Below, in pieces: positions 27,348 through 37,753 of a stretch of 64,000 nt of DNA. The position numbers were made by a program, and so were the translations under genes. Source of the DNA: an uncultured Mollicutes bacterium (GTDB taxonomy: Bacteria > Bacillota_I > Bacilli_A > RF39 > UBA660); assembly GCA_947652375.1 (NCBI GenBank), contig CANTCS010000001.1, forward strand, positions 68,257 through 132,256. Direction: 5' to 3'. The first letter of the stretch is position 1, and every line of letters begins with the position of its first letter. The notes beneath the pieces are model-generated. The model was not told the origin of the DNA. It made no database searches and was given only the letters and a program-made list of their open reading frames with translations.

Positions 27348-29759
27348 TTATCTTGCCTGTACCATACTATCCGTATTATTTACTTTATATATTAAATAAT
27401 CTTTTGGTACTTTATTGGTAAATGGTATTACATCAGATCCAAAAACTACCAATCCTTGACCAGTAGGAGCATCACCTTGTACATACATAGCTTCTTCTTC
27501 ACTAATATTAAAAATATTACAAATAGATGGTAAATCTAGTGGCTTTTGTTTCAATATCAACGCAAACTCTGAATTAGATAATATATCTTTACCAGACTCA
27601 GACCTTAACAAATGGGATATTTGTTGTGAAATAACTGTATTTAAAGCATTTAGTTTTCTACCAGTCTTATAAAAGTTCGCTACATATTGGGCTGAGTATG
27701 GATTAGCAAGTAATATATGAAATTCATCAATAAATATCCAAGTATATTTACCAAGTTCTTTATTTTTAGCAAGTCTATTTTGAATATGATCAAGAACTAC
27801 TAAATATCCAGTAGTTTGTAAAGAAGCAGATAGTTTACTAATATCAAAAGATACAAGCCTATTTTGAATATCAATATTTGTCTTCTTTGAAAATAAATCC
27901 ATAGAGCCTTTAACATATCTCTCAAGAATGAGTGCTAAATCTTTTGCCTCTTCTTCAGGTTGCCTCAAAAGCATATTATAAAAGTCAGGTAATGTTGGAA
28001 GTAAACTTTCATCAGAAAAATTACTTTTTTCATAATCTTCAAAAATAATTTTAGTACAACGATCTATGATAGTTTTCTGACCACCAGTTAAGGCATTTGC
28101 TCCTACAATACTTTCAAGAAAAGCAATTATATATTCAACTTTACTTTTAACTGGCTCACTTTTTCCAGTGTCTGAGCATCCATAATTTAAAGATAAATCA
28201 AAAGGATTAATGTGAGTATCTGATGTTGTTGATATAAAAATCTTCTGACCACCAAATACTTCTAATAAGCTAGAATATTCGTCCTGAGGTTCTATTATAC
28301 AGATTTCATCCAAAGGATAACGAATCAGAATTTGCTCAATTAGTGTTTTCACATTAAATGATTTACCAGCACCAGATGTTGCCAATACACACCCATTACC
28401 ATTAATAAGTTGCTTTCTATCACAGAATATAGCATTTTTACTTACCAAATTGACACCATAAAATAAAGACTTTTCATGATTAAAGTCTTTACTATTAAAT
28501 GGAACATTTACAGCAGTTGCTTCACTTGTTAAAGTTCTTTGAAACTGTAATGAATTATGACCTAATGGAAGAATATTTTGTAATCCTTCTAATTGTTGCC
28601 ATAATAATGGTTTTATTTCAACCAACATTTCAGCAGCTGCTTCTTGTACTTTTACAGTCTGATCTTCCAACTCTTCAAATGAGTTTGCTGATATACAAAC
28701 TAAAAAATTATTTTGAAATATCTTTTGATTATTTTTTTGAAGATCGTATTGAAGTTGTTCAGCATTTGAAATCTTTGTTTCTAACTTCTTATCCTTAACC
28801 CATTCATAGTCCAAATTACTTTTACCAGCTCTTTTAATTTTTTCTAGTCTTTCTGTTTCCATAGCTGATAAACTTTTATCAACTTGTTTTATCATTTTAG
28901 CAGAATTAGTAGGATTTATATTTAGAGTAGTTATTAAGTTAATTTCCTCTAAGGTAGTTAAGCGATTATAGAAACGAGGCGTCAAACTTTTAGGAAGTTT
29001 AGATACATACAATACTCTTAAAAACTTTTTATCATCTATTTCTATAAAATCTGATTCTCTCATAGAAATCTTTTTAGGGGCAATAACATCAAAAATAGAT
29101 AAGTTATTCTCCTTTGCATAAGTAATAATATTATCAATTCCTCTTGTTTCCAAAGATTCTACATTAAAGAAATTATATAAAAATTTTAATCTTTCTTTAA
29201 TACTAACCATAGATACTTTTGATTTTAATTCTTTAAACTTTTGCTCTGTTTTTATAAACATGTTTAAAAATAAAGCATTAGCTTCTAAAAAACTTTTAGT
29301 TTTTAATGAAAGTACAATATATCTTTTAGTTTGTAGTGTCTCTTCTTTTGAGCCAAGTGAATTAGTTATAATAGTATTTAATTCATCTGCAATTTGTTTT
29401 TGATTACTATCTTCTATATTATCTGTATCAAATATAAACTTTTCTTTATATTTTTCAGTTTTAATAGGAGTTCCAGCATTTATTACCTCAATGTGAGTAT
29501 CTTCTCTAAATGAATGTAAATACTCTAACCATTTAAAAAAGATATTCTCTGCCTCTTCATCATTAGCTTTTGCAAAAGATACATCAGAATATTCAATACA
29601 AATTGAGTATTCTTCTTCATTTATTTTAAAGATATTAGTTTTTTCATCAAATTCTTTAAACATATAAGATATTACTTCTTGACTTGTTTTAGGAGTAAAA
29701 ACTTTAGGAAGCATCTTGTGGTTCTTCAACTTTTGGCTCTTCTTGAATTTCTTTGCCAT
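27348..29759 (-). CDS. VirB4-family conjugative transfer ATPase
   Basis: 803 aa. Walker A ATSGAGKSF and Walker B-like WIFIDEFH. Gene order is typical of Gram-positive T4SS. The true start may be the internal MLPKVF. Confidence 0.9.
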   Translation of the reverse strand: MAKKFKKSQKLKNHKMLPKVFTPKTSQEVISYMFKEFDEKTNIFKINEEEYSICIEYSDVSFAKANDEEAENIFFKWLEYLHSFREDTHIEVINAGTPIKTEKYKEKFIFDTDNIEDSNQKQIADELNTIITNSLGSKEETLQTKRYIVLSLKTKSFLEANALFLNMFIKTEQKFKELKSKVSMVSIKERLKFLYNFFNVESLETRGIDNIITYAKENNLSIFDVIAPKKISMRESDFIEIDDKKFLRVLYVSKLPKSLTPRFYNRLTTLEEINLITTLNINPTNSAKMIKQVDKSLSAMETERLEKIKRAGKSNLDYEWVKDKKLETKISNAEQLQYDLQKNNQKIFQNNFLVCISANSFEELEDQTVKVQEAAAEMLVEIKPLLWQQLEGLQNILPLGHNSLQFQRTLTSEATAVNVPFNSKDFNHEKSLFYGVNLVSKNAIFCDRKQLINGNGCVLATSGAGKSFNVKTLIEQILIRYPLDEICIIEPQDEYSSLLEVFGGQKIFISTTSDTHINPFDLSLNYGCSDTGKSEPVKSKVEYIIAFLESIVGANALTGGQKTIIDRCTKIIFEDYEKSNFSDESLLPTLPDFYNMLLRQPEEEAKDLALILERYVKGSMDLFSKKTNIDIQNRLVSFDISKLSASLQTTGYLVVLDHIQNRLAKNKELGKYTWIFIDEFHILLANPYSAQYVANFYKTGRKLNALNTVISQQISHLLRSESGKDILSNSEFALILKQKPLDLPSICNIFNISEEEAMYVQGDAPTGQGLVVFGSDVIPFTNKVPKDYLIYKVNNTDSMVQAR

Positions 29760-30330
29760 TTATATTTGTGTCCTCCTTCCCCACTACTTGCTTTGCTAGT
29801 TTTAATAATACCTGTGCTTCTTCTTGACTTAATGAGAAATTACTTGATGAATTTTCTAAATTATTAATTCCAAATTTCTTCTTAGCTCTAGCAATTTCTC
29901 TTTGCTTTTTTCTTTCTTTTCGAAGATCTCTCTGTTTTTGTTTTTCCATCTTCTGAAGATTTTTTTGCTCTTTCCTATTAACAGTAATAGGCTTAGTTTT
30001 TTTACCAGTTTTTTCCTGAATTAATTCTTCTTCAGTCTTATAAAGAATTGGTTTAGCAAAATTAATATAATTTCTTTTCCAAAAAAATATTATTCTTTCA
30101 GCATTAAGTCCTTGTATTGGAATAAATCCAAAAAAACCGATAGGAACTGCTATAATAATTACTAACCACCCAGTTATATTGCTTCCTATCTTTGGAGATA
30201 ATACTAAATATAAAGGAACAGTAGTTATAAGTATCAGAATTCCAAATATCCACTGCCTTAAAGTAAAATTATAAAACTTCTCTTTATAATCTTTAATTTC
30301 ATCATGAATTCTAGGTTCTATTCTATCCAT
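29704..30330 (-). CDS. PrgI/TcpE-like T4SS membrane protein
   Basis: Two TM helices after FTLRQWIFGILILITTVPLYLVL, with a basic C-terminal half. It lies immediately upstream of virB4. Confidence 0.6.
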   Translation of the reverse strand: MDRIEPRIHDEIKDYKEKFYNFTLRQWIFGILILITTVPLYLVLSPKIGSNITGWLVIIIAVPIGFFGFIPIQGLNAERIIFFWKRNYINFAKPILYKTEEELIQEKTGKKTKPITVNRKEQKNLQKMEKQKQRDLRKERKKQREIARAKKKFGINNLENSSSNFSLSQEEAQVLLKLAKQVVGKEDTNINGKEIQEEPKVEEPQDAS

Positions 30331-30331
30331 C

Positions 30332-31150
30332 TTATCCTCCTGTCCATTTCTCTGCCATATTGCTTGTCATTGAAATCATAGCCATCAAGAATCCATTTAA
30401 GAACATAATAGCAATCATAGAACTAATACTACTTGCATCAGATAATGTTGATAATGATAGTGAATAAACGGCTGTTGCCACAACTATCATAGATGATTCT
30501 ATTCCAAGAGCAATAGTTGACATTATAAATCTTTTACATACATTTTGACCATCTTCCCAAGTACCGATTGAAATTGGTATTGGGGAAAAGGCAAAACTTA
30601 ATATTAATTTTCCTATTCGTAAGAATACTTGAACGAGTACCCCAATCATAGTTCCCATAAAAGGAATATATAAAATTAGAATTATTACACCCATAAATCC
30701 TCGATCAATCAACCCTCCTGCATTCCTTACTAAATCTCCCATTTGTGTTGCAAGATTTGGAACTGATGCCGAAGAGGAAATCGTTGCCGTTACCTTCGAC
30801 AAAATATCATTAGTAATTGTCATGATAGATGATAACAATTCAAAAGAATTTTCTATAAGCATTTTAAAAATTAAAAAGCGAATACAAGTAAATACAATTC
30901 GCTCCCAACTCATACGCTCATAATCCATTACTTTTTTTGTTATATCTATCAAGAAAAACAGAGTTAATAAACTGAGTCCAATAGGAACAATAATTGAGTG
31001 AATCTTTGTTGCAAGACTCCATACTGTTGTGTTCGTAATAGTATTCCAATTACATAAGCTACGAATAGTTCCAACAAAATCACTAATATCTATTTTAAAT
31101 CCTAATACTTTGAAGGATATTTTAAATAGATTTTCAATCAATTTAGCCAT
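30332..31150 (-). CDS. VirB6/TrbL-like polytopic T4SS membrane protein
   Basis: 272 aa with 5-6 predicted TMs. It sits between the Maff2-like and PrgI-like genes, as in clostridial ICEs. Confidence 0.5.
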   Translation of the reverse strand: MAKLIENLFKISFKVLGFKIDISDFVGTIRSLCNWNTITNTTVWSLATKIHSIIVPIGLSLLTLFFLIDITKKVMDYERMSWERIVFTCIRFLIFKMLIENSFELLSSIMTITNDILSKVTATISSSASVPNLATQMGDLVRNAGGLIDRGFMGVIILILYIPFMGTMIGVLVQVFLRIGKLILSFAFSPIPISIGTWEDGQNVCKRFIMSTIALGIESSMIVVATAVYSLSLSTLSDASSISSMIAIMFLNGFLMAMISMTSNMAEKWTGG

Positions 31151-31175
31151 TCGTACCCTCCTTATGAATTACATC

Positions 31176-31502
31176 TTATAAACCAAATAATCCTTTTGAT
31201 TGACTTATTGCAATTACCATGAACCCAGCCATCATAGTCATAAGACCTCTTGATTTGCCTTCAGCATCATCTCTTTGCCAACCTAGAGCAAACATAACAG
31301 CTCCAATTAAAGCAACTACTCCACCAATTTTTAACAGCCAATCACATACAAAGGTAATAAATCCATCAATACTACCAGTGTTACTTCCAGCTGCATGTAC
31401 ACTTGTTGTACTTAAAATCAAACTACATAATACAATGTTTAAACTACTAATTATTTTTCTAAATGAATTTTTAGCTTTTGCTAATAAGTTATTTTTTTTC
31501 AT
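31176..31502 (-). CDS. Maff2-family small membrane protein
   Basis: Start at ATG 31502 (MKKNNLL, GGAGAA SD). Signal peptide plus two TMs. IGAVMFALGWQRDDAEGKSRGLMTMMAGFMVI resembles the Maff2 consensus as I remember it. Confidence 0.55.
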   Translation of the reverse strand: MKKNNLLAKAKNSFRKIISSLNIVLCSLILSTTSVHAAGSNTGSIDGFITFVCDWLLKIGGVVALIGAVMFALGWQRDDAEGKSRGLMTMMAGFMVIAISQSKGLFGL

Positions 31503-31569
31503 ATTTTCTCCTTTTCCTTTAAAATAGTTCACGATAGTAAACTACTACATCAAAAAAAATAAACTACAT

Positions 31570-33513
31570 TTAAATAGCATCTAATAGTTCATCAGTAAGT
31601 GATTTATTAGATAACAATACTTCACTTTTATCAAACTGTTTTTCTTCTTCCAAAGTCATTTTTCTAGCTTTAAATTCAGAATTTATTTTCACGAATCCCA
31701 AACCTAAATCTTTAAATAACTGTTGTTTCCTTCTTATTTCCTTTGTCTTCCTCCTTTCTACTTCATGATCATATCTATTTTGAATCGTAGAACTTTCATT
31801 CCACGCCTCAAACAATTCTGAGTACCTAGGATGTTTTGATAAATCATACATCTTAGAGTAAAAAGGTCGTAGTCCAGAAACTAATAAAATACAATAACCT
31901 TTTTCCATCCTAGCAATTTCATCTATAAATGCAAGTTCTCTACCAACAATATCCCAGTTAGTCGAAGAAGAACCTTGTTTAGAATAAGTTCTACCAGATG
32001 ACCTTTTATACCATGTTTTTTTGCCCAGCATAGAAGACATATAATCTAATGTTTCTTTACTTCGAGATCCCATAAAAAGAATATAATCGCAACAATCAAG
32101 AGCTGTTTCCCAATTATCTTTATAAACTTTTTTAAGTTGGCTTAAACTTTGCAAACATGTAGTTATACCACAATTAAGTCCTCGAACATAAGCCAAATTT
32201 TCTAAGTAGCGTGGTATTACTCCCAGCTGACTCCACTCATCACAGTATATCTGACATGGAGAAGCTAAAGAACCATTATTATGACTAGCATTATAATCTA
32301 TAATGGAAAATATTTGAGTATACATAATACTTGCAATGAAATTAAATGTAGAATCATTCGGACTATTGATAATAAAGTAAGCAATTTTACCTTCATCACC
32401 CTTACCACCAATACGATTTAATTCCATAGTATCATTAACTGTAATTGCTTCTAGTTCAGCAATATTAAATGGTGAAAGTCTTGCAGATGCTGTAATAATA
32501 ATTGTACTCATCATTTTTGTAGAAGAAGCAGAAACTTTAAAATGTTTCCACTGCTTAATACCTATATTATCGGGATCTTTAGTTTCCCAAACTTTAAACA
32601 TATTTCCTAAAGTAGAATTACCTTCTTTATCTGGTTCTGCAAGTCTTATTAATTCAAGAACGGTTTTAAAGTTTCTATCTTTCAAATCATAATTAAATAT
32701 AACATAATAAATAATTGCTTGAAGAAACATTGATTCACATCTTTCCCAAAATGGATCTCCTGTATTACTTTCTATGGTTTCAGATTTTGTATTCAACATT
32801 AAAGTATTTATTAAAGTCATGACATCATCTTCTGCTATCCACTCTTCACCCTCAGAGTCTTCATCAACATATTTATTTATTTTTTTAATATAAAGTAAAG
32901 GATTAAAATGATCAGATTTCCACTTTTCTACTAAATTTAACACTCGTATATCATAACCTTTATTAATTAAAGACATCCCTGCATCACGAAGAAGTTCTCC
33001 TTTTGGATCTGTAACTATAATTGTTTCTCCATCTGCATTTAAAAGGTTAGGCTTAAAATAATACCGACTTTTACCAGTCCCAGGTCTTCCCAGTAAAATT
33101 ACATTTCTATTTCTCTTTGATATTTTCATATTTTTTGAAAACATTTCAGTAGATGTAAATATTTGATTGTTAGTATATTCTTTATCACGATATTCTAAAG
33201 TATTCTTAGGATCTTCCCATTCTGAAGAACCATGAGTATTTTCTTGAATATTTTTTTTATTATTTATTAAATAAGTATATATAATCATTGCAACAAATAA
33301 TCCTATAAATAATGCTGTTGATATTGTTTTAGCATTTAAAACTAATGGCGTTGTAATAATATGAAGTTTATCCAAAGCTTCAGTTAAATATTCAAACTTA
33401 AATTCTCCGTTTACTTCAGCTAAACTACTTACTCTAAGAGAATAATAAGAGGCAATCAAAGCTATAATAAAAATAACCCATTTACTACCTTTATGAACTC
33501 TTTTAACGAGCAA
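31570..33513 (-). CDS. VirD4/TraG-type type IV coupling protein
   Basis: Two N-terminal TMs, Walker A LLGRPGTGKS, Walker B-like IYCDEW. 647 aa. Confidence 0.9.
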   Translation of the reverse strand: MLVKRVHKGSKWVIFIIALIASYYSLRVSSLAEVNGEFKFEYLTEALDKLHIITTPLVLNAKTISTALFIGLFVAMIIYTYLINNKKNIQENTHGSSEWEDPKNTLEYRDKEYTNNQIFTSTEMFSKNMKISKRNRNVILLGRPGTGKSRYYFKPNLLNADGETIIVTDPKGELLRDAGMSLINKGYDIRVLNLVEKWKSDHFNPLLYIKKINKYVDEDSEGEEWIAEDDVMTLINTLMLNTKSETIESNTGDPFWERCESMFLQAIIYYVIFNYDLKDRNFKTVLELIRLAEPDKEGNSTLGNMFKVWETKDPDNIGIKQWKHFKVSASSTKMMSTIIITASARLSPFNIAELEAITVNDTMELNRIGGKGDEGKIAYFIINSPNDSTFNFIASIMYTQIFSIIDYNASHNNGSLASPCQIYCDEWSQLGVIPRYLENLAYVRGLNCGITTCLQSLSQLKKVYKDNWETALDCCDYILFMGSRSKETLDYMSSMLGKKTWYKRSSGRTYSKQGSSSTNWDIVGRELAFIDEIARMEKGYCILLVSGLRPFYSKMYDLSKHPRYSELFEAWNESSTIQNRYDHEVERRKTKEIRRKQQLFKDLGLGFVKINSEFKARKMTLEEEKQFDKSEVLLSNKSLTDELLDAI

Positions 33514-34708
33514 CTTCTAACTCCTCTTCCTTATCTAAGACTTTTTCTACTGGATTATTTTTTTCAGCAAATTCATCTGCCTCTTTTACTAAATCTGCTG
33601 TTTTCGATTTTTTTTTACTGTTTTCAACCAAATCCTTTGTATCTGTTTCTTTAACAAGAACTGTTGTTTTGCCATCAGGGGTATGCTGTGCAACAAAATC
33701 TTTACTACTATATTTTTCTTTAAATAATTTATAATCATCAAAATTATTTAACTCTAATTCAATAATATCATTTGTATTACTTTCTGACTCAATATCTCTA
33801 GCACCATTTGAACCATACTCTTTAATTGGTCTATCAAGAGGAGCAATCCTTTTATATTCTTCTAAATCTTCAGAATGAATAGCAATTATCATTTCATTAT
33901 CATTATAAACACATGCCCCATGACTTCGTAACTCAAATAATTGCTCTCTAATTTCGCAATATTGTTGTTTGGTAATCTTTTGAGTACAGTAATTAGACAA
34001 ATAATCCCTAACAGCACATGAACCAAAATCTTCACCAACTTTATTTAAATCTTCAACTTTAAGATTCATTCCTCTTGATAACATAGGCTCATAATCATGT
34101 TCATCAATGATACCATCTTTATTAATATCAGCAAGTTCATTTTTTGCATACTGCTTTACTCTGTTTTCAGGAATTTTTGCTAACTGTTCATTTAAAAATC
34201 CTAACTTACTTTTATTAAATATCAAAACATATCTCTCATCTAAATTTTGTTGCTCATCTTGTATAGATAGCCTTTTATATTTATCAGTTTGAGCCTTACA
34301 TATATTTTGAATGATTGGAATCTTTTTGAATGTACTTCTTCTATCATTCCATTTTCTATATTTTATTTCATTCTTAGCAAGTTTTTCTTGCTTATGAAGG
34401 GATTGATTTTTCCCCTTTTCACCATCTGGATCCATCTTTTTAATTCCCATTAATACATTATTTTCTCGACATGCAGCAATGATTTGTTTAGCCTCTGCTC
34501 TTGTAAGTGGTGGAGTAACATATAATTCTTTAGTAGCACCATCATTACGCAGTGCTTTCATTGATGATGAAAAATGTTTATTATAATATCTTTTAGCTTT
34601 TATCAAAAATCTGCCAAATATCTTTGTAAATATTTTGGTTGATTTTGCTGATACAGCAACTGTTTTTTCAGCAGTATGCTCCAAATCATGTTTAGCATTA
34701 CCATCCAT
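33503..34708 (-). CDS. PcfB/DUF3801-like protein (tentative)
   Basis: It sits directly upstream of the coupling protein. The N-terminal segment ELYVTPPLTRAEAKQIIAACRENNVLMGIKKM resembles the PcfB pattern. The rest is unknown. Confidence 0.35.
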   Translation of the reverse strand: MDGNAKHDLEHTAEKTVAVSAKSTKIFTKIFGRFLIKAKRYYNKHFSSSMKALRNDGATKELYVTPPLTRAEAKQIIAACRENNVLMGIKKMDPDGEKGKNQSLHKQEKLAKNEIKYRKWNDRRSTFKKIPIIQNICKAQTDKYKRLSIQDEQQNLDERYVLIFNKSKLGFLNEQLAKIPENRVKQYAKNELADINKDGIIDEHDYEPMLSRGMNLKVEDLNKVGEDFGSCAVRDYLSNYCTQKITKQQYCEIREQLFELRSHGACVYNDNEMIIAIHSEDLEEYKRIAPLDRPIKEYGSNGARDIESESNTNDIIELELNNFDDYKLFKEKYSSKDFVAQHTPDGKTTVLVKETDTKDLVENSKKKSKTADLVKEADEFAEKNNPVEKVLDKEEELEVAR

Positions 34709-34710
34709 AT

Positions 34711-37671
34711 TTATGCAGCCTCCTTTTCATATAATGGAACATCTAATTTTTCTTCAAAAGGAAATTCTATAACCTTATCATCATTTCTATGATTGTAACT
34801 GTCCAAAATCTTATCTCCAGTATAGCGATCAATATATTCACCATCTTTACCATGAAAACCTATTTGTTCAGTTTTATCTATTTCCAAAAGAACAGATTCA
34901 GTATTAATCTTTGTTTTAATAATGTTTACATTAAGATAACCTTGTACATTATCAATAATCATTGGTATTTCTACGAAATTAGAATTAAACTTGCATTTAT
35001 ATTTTGGAAAGTTAATAGTAATGACATCTCGTTTTTTAGAATCTTTTGGAAGAAGAATTTTTAAATACTTATTTATCTCATTATAAGATAATTTTTTTTC
35101 AAAAGTTTTAGTAAATCCATCTAATCTATACTTAGATATGCCACTACCATTTAAGAAGCCTTTTCTAGGACTTACTATTAAATAACTTTTATCATCTGTC
35201 CAATTACAAATCTTTTTAACAACAAATAATAAAGTAGTTGGATTATCAGTTTTAATATAAAAACCTTTTTCAGTTTCTAAATATATTTTAGAATAATATA
35301 TTTTACTAATTGGTTCCTTGTATTTTGAAGTATAACTATTATCGTAAATGATATTATCTTCATTTTCTTGTACTTCTTTTTCTATTTCATTATTGGGATT
35401 AGATTGTTTCTTTGTTTTATCTTCCCATTTAAATTTTAATTCATCAAAAGACTTAGTACAAATATACTCGCCTAACTTGTTATAAATCTTATAAGAATCA
35501 CCATATTTAAGTTTAGTATAAAAAAGTTCTCCACTATCTACCCATTCACACTCATTTTTAGGAATATAAAAATACTCTTTAGCATCTGTATTTGGAATTC
35601 TTACAAAATAATGTGTGTCGGTTTCTAATGAAGGCACTAATAAAACTTGATTTATAGAAAATAAATAATCCTCTTTTTTTACCTTCTCCTGTTCTTCATT
35701 TGAAATAGCAATTTCTTCTTTTATCGGTTCATTATTTGCAACAACATTGCTTTTATCAAGTGTAAGATTATTATCTAAATTATTATAAAAGAGAATTGTT
35801 TTGAATTCTCCATTTTTACCTTTAAATTTATCATCTATGAAATCCTTATCAATATTTAAAAATAAGCTTCCATATTTAAAAAATTGCATTTTACCTTTAT
35901 TTAAAAAAAGTCGCTCTTTTATATTTTCTTTTATAATCTCTAATGTTTTATTATTATAAGAAAGAATCCCATCTATATCATCTAAATTATTAATGATATA
36001 GAGTTCTTCTACTTCCTCCAAAGCAAGTTTTTCTTGATCGGTAAGACTATCTTCATATTGCTTTATTACTGTTTGAATTTGATTATCCTTTAGTTTAATT
36101 CTAGCACTACCATTAGAATTTTTTATATAAGTTTTATTAAAGACATTAATATATTTGAATCTATTTAATGACTCATAATTTGAATATTCCTTATTATCTT
36201 TTAAAAAATCTGATAGTAGTTCTTCTCTTTTGATTTTTGAATTTTTTTCTAAATATTTTTCTGGATTAGCATTAAATATAGAAACAAGTCTTTTTTCTAT
36301 TTCCTCTTTATGATTACTAAAATAAACAGATAATACTTTGTCATCCTTTTTATCTACTTGCACCAATAATTCTGTATACAAAAAATTAGTCATTGCTTTT
36401 GAAGCTAGATTATCCATTTCATTTTCTTTTTTTTCTATTTTTTTAGGATACATAATCTCATCTAATTCCTGCTTATTATAAGATGTTTTATCTATAATAT
36501 ATTCTTTAAATAGAGCATCATCATAAGTATTAGAAATTAGCCTATCTTTTTTCATAGATTTATATGCTAACGAAATCTTCTCAGCATTAAAAACTTGTTC
36601 TTTAAAATATTTATAATCTAATAAAAAAGTGAATCCAGATATTTTAGATTTTTGTATATCCTGAAATGGAATATCATTTTTTGATAAATCTCCAAAATCT
36701 TTAAATTCACCTAATTTAGAAATATCTATGACATTAACTTTAAATCCTTGTTGTAATAAATCTGGAATAAGTCTAAGCATTGCATCATGCCCTGCTTGAT
36801 CATTATCCAAAGCAAGAGTAATTGAAGAATGATTTCTTTTAATCATTTTTAAATGCTCTGGTGTAAGAGCTACTCCCATAGTAGCTACTACATTTTCATA
36901 TCCTATTCTTCTTGCTCCAACAACATCTAAAAAACCTTCAACAATAATCAGCTCATTATTATATGAAAGAGTTTTAGCATTAGAAAAATTATAAAGTAAT
37001 TCTTTCTTTTTAAAAATACTACTTTCACTGGTATGTAAATATTTAGGTACTTCGTCTTTTATACCTCTACCAGCAAATGATACAACATTGCCCTTTTCAT
37101 CTTGAATTGGAAACATAATTCGATTTGTAAATGATTCTTGTAAATTACCAAAATCATCTATTCTTAAATATCCAAGTTCTAATAAATCTTCTTTTTTTAC
37201 CTTTTCGTTTTTTTGAGCCATATTTAAAAACTGCCCTTTTTTACAATATCCAAGATTTAATTCTTTTATTTGTTTATCATCAACATTTCTTGAATAAAGG
37301 TAATTCCTTGGTTCTTTATCAATAGCTGTTAAATTATAATGAAATAGTTTTGCCAAAAACTCATTTACTTCTATAAGTTCTTGTTCTCTCTTACTATATC
37401 TTTTTGAACCAATAATATACTGCTTATCATAAGATTGTCTATTTAAATGTGATATATCTATATTTAAATGACAAATTTCAACAACTTTAGCTATTGCTTG
37501 ATTAACAGTTAAATTATTATTATTAATTTGTTTTTCATATTTTTGAACAAAAGAAATAACATTACCAGTTGCCCCACAAGAGAAACAAGTTGCAATATTC
37601 TTTTTAGGATTTACTGTCATACTTGGATTATTATCATTATGAAAAGGACATAACGATTTATTATGATTCAA
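34711..37671 (-). CDS. DNA primase (zf-CHC2 plus Toprim) with a C-terminal extension of about 550 aa; likely starts upstream near 37743
   Basis: CPFHNDNNPSMTV...CFSCGATGNV zinc finger. Toprim motifs IIVEGFLDV and LALDNDQAG. The in-frame upstream codons encode INNLYNEVLKQASIIDVFNYYGLKL, typical of primase N-termini. Confidence 0.85.
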   Translation of the reverse strand: MNHNKSLCPFHNDNNPSMTVNPKKNIATCFSCGATGNVISFVQKYEKQINNNNLTVNQAIAKVVEICHLNIDISHLNRQSYDKQYIIGSKRYSKREQELIEVNEFLAKLFHYNLTAIDKEPRNYLYSRNVDDKQIKELNLGYCKKGQFLNMAQKNEKVKKEDLLELGYLRIDDFGNLQESFTNRIMFPIQDEKGNVVSFAGRGIKDEVPKYLHTSESSIFKKKELLYNFSNAKTLSYNNELIIVEGFLDVVGARRIGYENVVATMGVALTPEHLKMIKRNHSSITLALDNDQAGHDAMLRLIPDLLQQGFKVNVIDISKLGEFKDFGDLSKNDIPFQDIQKSKISGFTFLLDYKYFKEQVFNAEKISLAYKSMKKDRLISNTYDDALFKEYIIDKTSYNKQELDEIMYPKKIEKKENEMDNLASKAMTNFLYTELLVQVDKKDDKVLSVYFSNHKEEIEKRLVSIFNANPEKYLEKNSKIKREELLSDFLKDNKEYSNYESLNRFKYINVFNKTYIKNSNGSARIKLKDNQIQTVIKQYEDSLTDQEKLALEEVEELYIINNLDDIDGILSYNNKTLEIIKENIKERLFLNKGKMQFFKYGSLFLNIDKDFIDDKFKGKNGEFKTILFYNNLDNNLTLDKSNVVANNEPIKEEIAISNEEQEKVKKEDYLFSINQVLLVPSLETDTHYFVRIPNTDAKEYFYIPKNECEWVDSGELFYTKLKYGDSYKIYNKLGEYICTKSFDELKFKWEDKTKKQSNPNNEIEKEVQENEDNIIYDNSYTSKYKEPISKIYYSKIYLETEKGFYIKTDNPTTLLFVVKKICNWTDDKSYLIVSPRKGFLNGSGISKYRLDGFTKTFEKKLSYNEINKYLKILLPKDSKKRDVITINFPKYKCKFNSNFVEIPMIIDNVQGYLNVNIIKTKINTESVLLEIDKTEQIGFHGKDGEYIDRYTGDKILDSYNHRNDDKVIEFPFEEKLDVPLYEKEAA

Positions 37672-37753
37672 TTTAAGCCCATAATAATTAAATACATCTA
37701 TAATACTAGCTTGTTTTAAAACTTCGTTATATAGATTATTTATATTGTATCCC

